Below are positions 50,050-61,618 of a DNA stretch of 64,000 nt, in pieces. Under the pieces are notes generated by a model that saw only the letters and a program-made list of their open reading frames with translations, searched no databases and was not told the DNA's origin. The first letter of the stretch is position 1; the number at the start of each line of letters is the position of its first letter. The stretch is from Lama glama (lineage: Eukaryota), in assembly GCA_028534125.1 (NCBI GenBank), contig CM052816.1, forward strand, positions 54,438,001 through 54,502,000, read 5' to 3'. The position numbers were made by a program, and so were the translations under genes.

Positions 50050-51100
50050 GGTGAATCCATTCTGCTGGAGGGAAGAGAGATAATTAACATGAAAAAATTA
50101 AAAAAGGAAAAAGATCATATTATCATGAGCTGAAGATAATGAAACAAACTATTGCAATAGAAAGACTTACGCGGAGATGACTAGTTTGGGAGATCAGAAA
50201 GGGCTTCTCTGGGCGGGGATGTTTGAACTGACACGTGGATTATCCCAAGGAGCTGAGAATGCAAAGACTGGAGGGGAGAAGATCCCAGGGAGGGGAAGAG
50301 CAAATGCAAAATCCTTAAGGCTTGGTGAGTTCCTTAAGCAAAATCCTTAAGCTTGGTGTGTTCCAGGAAGAGATGGGAGGCTGGCAGCCAGTGCGGCCAG
50401 GGTACAGCAAGAAGGCATGTGAGAGGGTTAAGCAGAGAAGAAACACGATATGATTTGCTTTTGGAAAAGATCACTCTGGCTACTGTGTGGAGAATCAATC
50501 CTAGGGGTTTGCAGGGCAGCAGGAGGCTGTTGGAGCAATCCAAGGGAGAGATGGTGATGACTAGGGAGAAAGCGGTGGAGACTGTAGAAATGGTCGGGTT
50601 TGGGATGTATGGTTTTGAATGTAAGGCTGACAGGACTAGTGATGGAGTGCATGTGGGAAGAGGAGGGAGGGGAGAGAAGAAGCAGCAATAATCTCTAGGT
50701 TCTTGGCCTGAGCAGATGGGTGAATGGTGGCACCATTTACTGAGATGGAGGAGCGGGAGGGAGGAACATGAAAAAAATGGGTGGGAAATCAAGAGCCCTG
50801 CTTTGGCCTTCTTCAGTTCGCATCTCTATTAGACATCCAAGTGAAGATGTCAATCAGGCAGTTGGATCTGTGCATCTGGAGCTCAGTAGAAAGGTCAGGG
50901 CTGGAGGCATAAATTTGAGAGTCATCAGTGTGCAGATGTTACTGTAAGCCATGGAGCGTGTAATCAGAAAGGGCTGAGAACCAGACTCTGGACCTGCCAA
51001 CTCTGAGCGGCCCAGCAAAGGGACAGAGGAGCTGTGGCCTGTATGGTAAATAAGAGGAAAACACACACAAAGAGAATGACACTATTTAACCGACTCATCC
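50050..51100 (-). mobile_element. L2 LINE fragment (may continue, more decayed, to ~51700)
   Basis: aaagatcactctggctactgtgtggagaat...tctaggttcttggcctgagcagatgggtgaatggtggcaccatttactgagatgg...ttagacatccaagtgaagatgtc...ggaggcataaatttgagagtcatcag. Confidence 0.85.
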
Positions 51101-52188
51101 ACTGGTAAGAAGAGTTAGAAAATGAAGAACTTCTGAAAGATTTTACATAAGGACTAGATATGGAGATTTGTTATAAAGATAAATTTGGTGGTGGATGAAA
51201 GCATGGGTTGGGGAAGACTAATGGAGGCAGAGAGACAATTAATAACAATCCAGAAGAGCGGAGGAGAGCCTGCAGTGCAGCGCTGGCATCAGGGATGGAG
51301 AGGAGGGGAAGAATGGAAAAGAAACCCAGGCACAGAATAGGACTTGGAAACTGAGAGCTGTGAGTAGGCGGCTTTTGGATGCTGGTACTTTCCAATAAGA
51401 CAGGCACTGGTTGGACCAAAGCAAGCACTCGGGTGTGCAGTTCTGAGTATTTGGGGTCTGAAGTCCCTGTGAAACACATGGGGAAGATATCTAGCAGGTG
51501 AGAGACAACAGGTCTGCAGGTGACGGGAAATGTTTGGGACGGAGCTAAAATTTCAGGCATCATCAACGGAAAGATAAGACAGGAAGCTCTAAGCAGAAGA
51601 GCTGAGGATCTAGTGTCAAAGGCTTGCAAGAGGTGGACAGAGAGAGGAATGAACACGGGAGATACTAGCAGATGGCCAGAAGGGAAGGAATCTGCCCTCT
51701 GGCCAGAGCTTGGTCCCCACGTAACATTTTCTAGACCAAGGACATCAAAACCCTAAACACCCTAAAGACTGCACATGGAGAGAGTCACTCCCTAATGGAA
51801 CTGGAACTAGTGTCCTTACAGAAAATGAAATACAGTTTACACACACGCACTTAACCCAGCAAAATTGTCCAGGTCTGGATGTTTTATCCTCCTTTAAAAA
51901 GTAAAGTGGAGGGAGGAAGGAATGAATTAAAAACAAACAAATAAAAAAACACTTCTAACTTATCTAAGAATTAAAATATATTTTAATCAAATTCTCACAA
52001 CTTTAGCAGGCTTTAAATAAAGGGGGCAAGATAGATAAATTAAGAAATCATTGCCCCTTAGATTTTGACCAACATTTGATTTCTTATTTCCTCTTCTGCT
52101 CCTCCTCCCCAACCTAATTTTTTTCCTCCCATCACTAGTCATAATACTCAAGTTAAAGACAAGAATGTACTGATTAACAGAAACCTCT

Positions 52189-52536
52189 GGGGGAGACTGC
52201 CAAGATGGTGGAGGAGAAGGACACGGTGCTCACTCTCTCCCACGAACACAGCAAAAACTACATCTACATACGGAACAAATCTCACAGGACACCTACTGAA
52301 CTTTGGCAGAATAGCTCTTACAATCAGAAATACAAGGGAATTCCTCACAAAACCAGATAAACGACAAGTTTCTGCTGTATAGCACAGGGAAGTATATTCA
52401 ATATCTTGTAGTAACCTATAATGAAAAAGAATGTGAAAATGAATATATGTATGTATATGGATGACTGAAACATTACGCTGTACACCAGAAACTGACACAA
52501 TGTTGTAAACTGACTATACTTCAATAAAAAAAAAAA
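52189..52536 (+). mobile_element. Short L1-derived element: L1 5'UTR start joined directly to an L1 3' terminus and polyA
   Basis: gggggagactgccaagatggtggaggagaaggacacggtgctcactctctcccac...catctacatacggaacaaatctcacaggacacctactgaac resembles an L1 5' end. It is followed by agataaacgacaag...tgtatagcacagggaagtatattcaatatcttgtagtaacctataatg...aactgactatacttcaataaaaaaaaaa. Confidence 0.75.
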
Positions 52537-53777
52537 GACTTCATTTCTGACAAAAAAACAAAAACACCACTGGGAATGAAGCAAATTTGTATCAAAACTG
52601 TTCATGCCTATGTTTTAAAAACAGCCAACTATCTTTGGAAATCAGGTGGATCAGAGTTAATATGCATCATTCAGGTCCATAACAACATTTTGGAGACCTT
52701 GTACCCTACATTTGGTTGCTAGGGGCTAAAAAAACAAACCAACAAGCATGGCTGAACAAATCTCCTCATGTACCTTCCATTTGTTTGCAAAGAGTTAAAG
52801 GTAAATAGTCCTGACCCTCCAAAAAACTTCTGCAGTCAGTGAGGTTTATCTAGACGGCCCCCAGCCTCCCTTCCTGTACCTGCTCCTTCCTCTCTCCAAT
52901 CCAGACGTCTGCTTTGTGCCCTCCTGACCTCTTGCTCCTCCTCTCCACAGTGAGGAACTCTGCCCGAGTTCACTGATTGGCTTACGGCACGTTGGTGTGA
53001 ATGCAGCTGAGTCTAAGTGTTACTGCAGCCAGGAATTTGCTTTACAAGACATTTACTTACTCCTGACTAGGACTTAGTTCCTTACTTCCTTATTGAGTGG
53101 TGGGGGGAGGGAGCAGGGTTGGAGGCTAGAAATAAAGTAAACAGTTAAGACAGTCCTTCAGGACTCAACTTACCTACTCTGAGACCTCCAGCCTGTGGAG
53201 GGAGCCCCTGATTGCTCCCTGCATTCTGCGTCGCCAGGACCAGCACTGCAGTCTCCCATGTGGGGCCTGTAGCTCCTCCCAGACCTTGCTCCAAAGAGCT
53301 GAAACTGTATCTGTCTTAGTTTTGGATTCCCAGACTAAAAATAAGCACTCAATTAATGTTCACTGAATAAATAAATGAATGAATGAATTAAGGTCGGGAC
53401 GTGGGAGTTATAATGCAGCCCTTTGAAGTGGCTGGGAAAGACTTGAAAGATTGAAAAGAAAGACTGTCCTTCACCTCCCTGACACCATTAAAAGGCCTTT
53501 CTTCCCTGGGAGGTGCCAGAGGCTTTGACCTAAAAAGTACTGGCAGCAGAAAACCAAACACTGTCATGATCTACTTCTCCTGGGTCTGAGGTTAACTCCT
53601 GACCTCAACTTTGGGTTCTCCTGACCTAAGACCCCAGATGCATGTTTTACACAGCTTGGTGGTCTTGATGTTTCTTCTATCGTGTTATTCACATAAATGA
53701 TTAGTGGCATCTACTCAGCTCCAGGCACAGTGCTGAGAATTGAGGATTCAGCAATGAAGGAACACAGCCCAATGCCT

Positions 53778-54277
53778 NNNNNNNNNNNNNNNNNNNNNNN
53801 NNNNNNNNNNNNNNNNNNNNNNNNNNNNNNNNNNNNNNNNNNNNNNNNNNNNNNNNNNNNNNNNNNNNNNNNNNNNNNNNNNNNNNNNNNNNNNNNNNNN
53901 NNNNNNNNNNNNNNNNNNNNNNNNNNNNNNNNNNNNNNNNNNNNNNNNNNNNNNNNNNNNNNNNNNNNNNNNNNNNNNNNNNNNNNNNNNNNNNNNNNNN
54001 NNNNNNNNNNNNNNNNNNNNNNNNNNNNNNNNNNNNNNNNNNNNNNNNNNNNNNNNNNNNNNNNNNNNNNNNNNNNNNNNNNNNNNNNNNNNNNNNNNNN
54101 NNNNNNNNNNNNNNNNNNNNNNNNNNNNNNNNNNNNNNNNNNNNNNNNNNNNNNNNNNNNNNNNNNNNNNNNNNNNNNNNNNNNNNNNNNNNNNNNNNNN
54201 NNNNNNNNNNNNNNNNNNNNNNNNNNNNNNNNNNNNNNNNNNNNNNNNNNNNNNNNNNNNNNNNNNNNNNNNNNNNN
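53778..54277. other. Assembly gap (500 N)
   Basis: Run of N. Confidence 1.
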
Positions 54278-54696
54278 TCTAGCTGAAAAAGGGAACTCGA
54301 GACAGGGCCACGTCTCGAGTCAGGGAGCGGAGGGCATTTGATCTGTGCTCAGCCCCTTGCATAGGTTATCAATTTAAGTCCTCACAATATCTCAGGGCCA
54401 GCGCAGCTCCAGCAGCCCCACGTGGCGGCAGGACATCTCCAAAGGTCAGTGGAACCGTCGTTCTTAGACATGCCACCCCTGGCGGTGGCTCTGCTGAAGT
54501 GAGTTTCAGGGTGGCGATGAGGGTCAGATTCATCTGTAACATCACCCCGAGCCACTGGTCCCTGAATTCGCTGCCTTGAGGCACACAGGCCCGCAGATCT
54601 TTCCCACACTGGAGTGTTTGCACACGCCACTCCCTCTGCTCACTCGTCTTCTCCCCTACTCTCCTCACCTGCCTAATTCCCACTGATCCGCTAGGC

Positions 54697-54886
54697 CAGT
54701 GGTTCTCAGAGCCTGGTCTCCAAACCAGCTGTCTCAGCATCACCCAGAAACTTACTAGAAATGCAGATTCTTGGGACCCACCTCAGACCTCCTGAAACGG
54801 ACACTCTTGGGGGTGAGACCCAGAAGCCTGTAATGTAACAACCGCTCCAGGTGATTCCGATGCATGTTAATATTTGAGAAGCACTG
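54697..54886. mobile_element. MER5A DNA transposon (complete, inserted in an L2 fragment)
   Basis: Terminal inverted repeats CAGTGGTTCTCA...TGAGAAGCACTG, with internal cagcatcacccagaaacttactagaaatgcagattcttgggacccacctcagacct. Confidence 0.88.
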
Positions 54887-55446
54887 TTCTGGGTTTTAAC
54901 TGTCACTTCCACAGAGCGATCTTCCTTGACCCCAGCTCCCCATTACTTCTCCCTCATGATAGCTATTCCTTTCACAGTCTGCAAATGTAACTGTTGGTGT
55001 GTTTCTTTGTTTAAAATGTGTCTTCCTCACCAGACTCTGAGCTCTACAAAGGCAGAAACCACTCAAATAAATGGGTGGTGGTGGGGATCAAATTATTTGT
55101 TTATTGGTAGCTTGGGTCAGTAACATTGTCAACAAGGAGAGCAAAATTCTCAGCTCTGGGATTTTCAGATGCTCTGTAGATTTTGACCGCTCTTGCTTGG
55201 AGCCACTCTGAAGTCAGCACAGATACCTCAGTGCCTCTGTTAACCCAACAACTCACTCTTCTCTCTCAGCCCTAATGTACATAATCTGGAATCAAAGATC
55301 ACTTTCCACCTTGACTTGGTTAGATAGGTAAGATGTTTGGATTTCAATTTCCTCACAAAAATAATTTTTTAAATGCACATATTTTTCTCTCCGTGGCTGA
55401 TGAAACATCCCTCTTGACAATGTCACTCAGTGCTTATCTTGGCCAG

Positions 55447-55596
55447 GTCGTCACATGATGCAGGAGTTGTCACATGACACGAGTCATCACATGACACAAG
55501 AGTTGTCACATGACACAGGAGTCATCACATGACATGAGAGTGGTCACATGACAAAGGAGTCATCACAGGACACAAGAGTCATCACATGACACAGGA
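55447..55596. repeat. 19-bp minisatellite, 8 copies
   Basis: Approximate consensus GTCRTCACATGACACAGGA; units start at 55447, 55466, 55483, 55502, 55521, 55540, 55559 and 55578. Confidence 0.93.
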
Positions 55597-56199
55597 ACAC
55601 CCAGAACAACTCCCAGAGGATTATGGGTAGCTGGCTGCTGGGGCCCATTATGGGGGTTGGGGGACAGAAGAAGGGCCTGGGGCCTTGTCCTGGGGATTCT
55701 GGCTCAGGGAAAAGTGTCCTGTGGACCCTACCTCAATGTTCCCTCCCCCGACCCCAAGACAAAATCAGGTTCACATGAACTTCCAAGGCAGACCTGAGAC
55801 AAAACAGTCCTGGCAGAGCCAGCCCCATCCCCACCCCAGCTCTGCCCTGGAGAGCACGGTGAGGACCAGCTTAGCCTGTCTCCATGTTCCTCAGCTCTTC
55901 TCTTCCAGCACCTGCTCATGAAGACAGTTTCTCTCCCATACTGTGGCCCTGAGTCGGGGGCTCACCTGCCCCTTCGCCCCACATCTTCATCAGCACAGTC
56001 GTACATATGCAGTCAGCCTCCAGGTTCCCAACCTTCACGGCCTATCACAAAAACAATGCAGAGAAGTGGAACCACCTGGTTGGCCTGAGACTTCAAAGCA
56101 GACCCTCTCTTTTATTTCAGGTCCCTGAGGATGGGGCTCTCCCATCCTCAGCCAGAAGGCGAGCGAGCCCCTCCTATGTGCTCAATGCCAGGGACCTGT

Positions 56200-56355
56200 T
56201 CTGTCTTCCTAATCTCATTCAACTCCCACAGTAGTCCCATGTGACAGGCTCAGTATCTCCCTTTTACAGATGTGGAAACTGAGGCTAGGAGAGTGTAAAG
56301 TACCTCCTCAAGATCACAGAGCTCATCAAGAAGTATTTGAACCCTGGACTGCCTC
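56200..56355 (-). mobile_element. MIR SINE fragment
   Basis: ccttttacagatgtggaaactgaggctaggagag...caagatcacagagct. Confidence 0.65.
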
Positions 56356-59300
56356 AAGACAAATTTCAGTCACTTGTACCAAACAACTCTCCAGTGAGCC
56401 TCAGGAAAGGCATTTCTGCTTGACATCAGTATCCCAACATGGAACCTAGAGCTTGTCCACTTACACCCTGAGCCCAAGGAGTCCACTCAGTCCTTCCCAC
56501 CTCCACGCGTTCATTTCCCACTGCTTGTGTGACTTCTGTAATTTGGGGCTGATGGAAATGGCCCGCGTCTCATTGGCATCTTCTCGCCCCGGCCCCCACC
56601 TCCCCCCCAGCACCAGGCAGGACGCACTTGATGTAGTCGCCCAGGAGGAGCAACTGACACAGGCTGATTAAGCAGACACAGGCCCCCCCACTGGGCTGCT
56701 GCAGGCGGAATTCTGAAGGCCTGGCCCTGCGCCGCCACACCCCTCCCCGAGGGTCAGTCAGGGGCGAGATACCAGGACAGCTCTGGAGCTGTCCTCTCTG
56801 GCTCCCCGCACTGTACTCCTAGACGCCAGTTTTCTCTGCGCCATTTTTACCTTTATCGACAGAAAAGTGACACAGAAGTAGAAGGCAACACCAAGTCATG
56901 CATATGAACCACAGGAGCTTCAACACAACACAGATCCAACGTTGTTGGTGCTACTGGAAACCTTTGTTTCAAAAGCAAAACAAACAAAATGTGAAAAGTA
57001 AATGTAGTGAAAACTCCCTGACACCCATGTCTAAATATCCTGTCCGATTTCAGGTGACAGGAGCTGGAGCTCTGCAGCCCCTCAGGGCGTGACTGTCCTG
57101 TGCTTCTTGGTTTTGAAATCCTCAGACTCTGTGGGTATAGTAACTCGGAAGGCCTCAGGCCTCTCTTATCAGCCGTCTGCATCAGAACCCTAAATAACAA
57201 ACATCTGAACTGAGAACAAGGAAGTCGAGATTTCTCCAGGGTCAGAGGCTGAAAAACATTGTTGAAAAGCTGGCAACAGGAGGCTGCACTGACATAGTGG
57301 CAGGTCTGCAGGGACTCAGGCGGAGCTTGTATTTCGGAGCAGGAAGAGGCTCCCACGCTAGAGACACTGCATCTGGAGATGAAGCCGTAGGAGGTGATGG
57401 AGGGAGGCTGTTGGCAGGGCTGAGGCCCCCCAGGCTCAAACGAGGAGTATAGCCCACTCTGTTCACTTGCTGGACACACACGCCACTCCTCCACCCTAGG
57501 CATACCTCCAAAGACTGCTTCGGCACAGGGGGCAGAGCTCCCCCCTGCCCTGGCCGAGGAACCCTAATTGCTCCTGCCATTCTTTGATACCCTCTGCTCT
57601 GGACCCTGTCCTGTCCCTAAAGAACAGAAAGCATGGGGCCCACCAGGGCATGAGCAGCAGGGTGGTCCCTGCACAGGCAGTTCTGGGTCAGGGAGCTGGA
57701 ACCACGCTCTTGGTGCCACAGCCCAGTTTCATGCCCAGACGGCAGCCAGGGCTGTGTGCCAACGCTGCCGTGCGGCCTCACTGCTCCCTGGCCTCCCTCC
57801 AGTGCCTGTGCCAGGAAGGAACAGCCTGTCACCAGTGAGGATTGGGCAACGGGATGCCTCAAACCCTGACTTTTTGGGCGGCCATGTCCTATAGGAGCAG
57901 GATCCCTTCTGTCCTTTGTGATGGTCAGTTGAGCAGTTTGAGGGAGGGGCAGGCAGGTGAGAAGACAGAGAGACACTGTATCATGTAGAGACCCTGGCTT
58001 CAAATTAATTTAAAATATGGTTTTCTAGGCTTGTCATCACTCGTGTCCTAACAGAGGAAAAAAATACAATGGAAAATTAGATCCGGTGTCACAATGTCAT
58101 GGGTATAAATAAAATGAAAGGCAAGCTTGACGTCAGTAATGAGGATTCTCACATTCCACTGTGCTTCCTCCTCATCAAATATGCAGCTCAATTTACTCCC
58201 TCCGGTGGTGGAAACCGGTTGGTGGAAACAGGTGGGGGCTCTGACGCTGCAGGGACCACGCTCCTTTCTTCCTCAAGAGTCCCCAATCCGCCAGAGTGGG
58301 CCTCACTTCCTGTGCTGGGTGTTTCCTGGGATGCAGTGGCGTTCTCAGCAGATGTCACAATTCCTTCTGCTCATCCCCCCTGCTTCCCCCAGTCTACACT
58401 CTTCTACTCAAATTTCCCTTCCGGGGGCGGCCAGCTTGTCCCTTCACCAGACATCCTGGGAATCAATGAGGGGACATTTCTCTCCCTGGAGAAGAGCAAG
58501 GAGTGCAGCTGAGGGGAGAGCTGAGGGCCCACTGGCACAGGGTCGGGATGGGCACAGGTGGTGGTCTCCACGGCGCCCTTAACTCAGATATGCCGCTGAA
58601 AAGCAGTGTGCAGATCAGCCTGGGGGTACCGATTCATATTTTAAACATTCTCTGGACTATGATGATTTAAAGGACCCCCATGGTAAGTAATTCTGTAGTA
58701 TAAACACTCTTACCTGTCAAGTTCTATCTTTATAAATCCAGCGATTCCTCTATTAGGTTTTTCTCAAAGTGTCAAGCATCCTTGTACTCCAAAGCCCAAA
58801 ACAGACTTGGTCTGGTGTACAATCTAACACACTTTTGTCATCAGAGGCCATCCGACTTCAAAGAGCACTGAGGAATGGTAACACACAGCGCCACACTTAC
58901 AAATAAACCGATACCTGTTAATACAGGGGCAGGGATTGGTGTCTGCTGTTGTCTGGTTTTATGTCTTGAATCTTAGCGAGTATCACTGATCAAGGATGAC
59001 TGTGGAGTCTCTTCCCAATTAATAACCTGCGAGTCAAACACTGAGATGTTAAGTCTTTGTTCTGAAACTGCTATACATTCAACATGAATTGGTGGAACTG
59101 TCCTCTGTGCTGGGGACCACGCCGGTGCTGGGTGTACCAAGATGAGTATGACCCAGCTCTGGACATTTCTGGTCTGATCTGTGAAGGATGCGATTAGCAG
59201 CAGCAGAGCATGGGGGAAAGAGAGTAGCCTTGGGTGTGTGACAGATGAGTTTAAAACCCAGTTCTACCCCTTCCTGGCTGCTCAACTTGCCCGCCTCAGA

Positions 59301-60249
59301 GGAAGGTGCTGGTCCTGGCTTCCCTCCTCCCCTACTCTCCAGTGCTGCATCTGCTGCCTCCAAAGGAAATGTAAAATGGGCAAGAAAATCACTGCTGCCT
59401 ATACACGCTAGGTAGCGTTCATTCTCTCACCCACCCTACAAGCGCACACGTGCACACATACACTCATGCGTGCACACAGGCTGCTTTAGACAGGTGTGAT
59501 TATTCCAGGACACGAATTACAATGCTATTTTTAACACAAGAGTTCTAACTCTGCTCCCACTTTAGAAGAAGCAGATTGGACTGACAATGGGCTGAAATGG
59601 CATTTGGTCATTTTCCTCTCCATGTGCACTCAGCGGGGCAGGGTTTGGTAGCACCCAGACCTCGGACACTTCTCATTTTGTGTCTCATTACGGCTGCCGA
59701 GGATGGCTCTGCGGCCTGAATTCAGAGGGACCTATTTTATAAGACATGTTTCTGAGACATTAGGTTTTTTCCTTTACCATAAGAATCTCACGGGGGAATA
59801 TGGTTCTTCAAAAAGTGTCATTCCTTTCATCATCCTTCCTGCTTCTTCTCCCCAGGCTAAGTATGCAGCACCCAGATACCACTCCTGGCTTCTAGAACTT
59901 TCTACAATAGTTCTTGTCTGTTTCAACACCGTCCAAGTTCTCAACCTCATGTCTCAAAGCTCACCCTTCCTGTACCCCTTCCCTCCCACACCTGCTCTCG
60001 GCTAGAGGGACATGGGATCGCCCAGAGGTGAGACGGAGATTTTGTGCCAGCTGGGTGCACATTTGGGGGTTTGGGGGTTTTGTTTTGTTCTTTGTTGCTG
60101 TGATAACTCAGGAAGCCCAACTGTTTGTTTCAGATCCGTTTTAGGGCTCTTGTCCTGCCAGAGGAGGGGACAAAAGAGGAGGCAGCAGCCTTGTACTCTG
60201 TTTACAGGTTGGATGTTCCACTAACACTCGGCGTTTTGTTCATCTCCTT

Positions 60250-60683
60250 TGGACCCAGCTTGTCCTGGTTCACAAGAGCCGAGTGTCAGAATTTCAGGAA
60301 TTTTGCCAGATGGTAGTTAAATACTGTCATTATTAAACGTTGTATTACATATGCATACAAGCAAATGAATTATATTTTAAAAAACGGTAATCAATACATA
60401 CACCTGACCGCTCCCTAATTATTCCATTACACTCACCCACCTCTATGCACTTGACGTTCTTTATGTCTATTGGGTCTCTACAGTGTGAATACCACACATG
60501 GTGTGTAACTGCACATCTTTTCCCAACTCTGTGCCCAATGATGTCACACGGGTAGCTCGAATGCAGCCATGGTGGGTGGGAGTATTCACACTAGAGAATT
60601 TGGCAAATGCTACAAATCAGGGCTTTATGTATTACCTCCTCTTCCATCAAACCAGTTGTTAAGCATTCATCGGCGAACCATCA
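60250..60683. mobile_element. MER63-type hAT-Blackjack DNA transposon
   Basis: agagccgagtgtcagaatttcaggaattttgcc...gcacatctttcccaactctg...gccatggtgggtgggagtattcacactagagaatttggcaaatgctacaaatcagggc...ccagttgttaagcatt. Confidence 0.75.
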
Positions 60684-61347
60684 TTTTGCCCCCAACTAGT
60701 CTCAGAGCCAGACCTGTGATCAGCTAGGAGTGCTAACGTCCAGCTGCATGGGTGTGAGGAGAGGTCTGCAGAACCTCCCCAAAGCTCCACCTGTGCCTCC
60801 CCAAAGCCGCTTTGCCAGGATAACTTCTGACGCTCTCCAGACACTCCTGCTGTGTACTTCCCCCACCACGGAGACACCTGTGCCCTTCCCCACCCCCAAC
60901 CCCCACTCTCAAAGCCAACGTGCTCTGCTTGGGGTGATTCTGTTAACGCCAACACAATTCTGGGGAATGAGAGTCTGCCGGCCTGGAGGATGGTGGGGGA
61001 TCTGAAGTATAAGAGGGGAGAAGCAGCAGCAATGGAGTGTCTGGATATGAGGGTACTGCACATACCATCGGTTCTCATTTGGTCCCACAAGTTGACTTCA
61101 AAGCTGGGAGATGAGTGGTTCTCCTCAGTTCTCCACTATAGACAGTTTTTTGGCAGACACATACTGGAATTGCTGGGTGAAGGACTGAGCAAGTACAAGT
61201 AATCCTCTAACTTTGACCTCTAGATTTCAATACACTTAGCTTTTTTTTTTCCCACTAGTGAGTGGGTTAAAGGGCGTTGTCCTTAGAAGAATATACTGTG
61301 TTTTACACTTTAAAAAGCCCTATCATGTTTATTATTATATCTAGCTT

Positions 61348-61618
61348 TTATTTTTTTAATTCAAGTACAGTTGATTTGCAATGTTGTGTTAGTTTCTGGT
61401 GTACAGCAAAGTGATTCAGGCATATGTGTATATATATTCTTTTCCATTATGGTTTATTATAAGATATTGAATACAGTTCCCTGTGCTATACAGTGGGACC
61501 TTATTATTTATCTACTTTATAAAGAAGTAGTGCGTATCTGCTAATCCCAAACTCCTAATTTATTCCTCCAACCCCCCACCCTTCCCTTTAGGTAACCATA
61601 AGTTTGCTTTCTATGTCT
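61348..61618 (-). mobile_element. 5'-truncated L1 3' end
   Basis: tttttttaattcaagtacagttgatttgcaatgttgtgttagtttctggtgtacagcaaagtgattcag...cagttccctgtgctatacagt...ggtaaccataagtttgctttctatgtct. Confidence 0.88.

Noticed and set aside
56853..57503. 216-aa minus-strand ORF
   Set aside because: Ser/Pro/Cys-rich with no recognisable family or splice context; likely chance.
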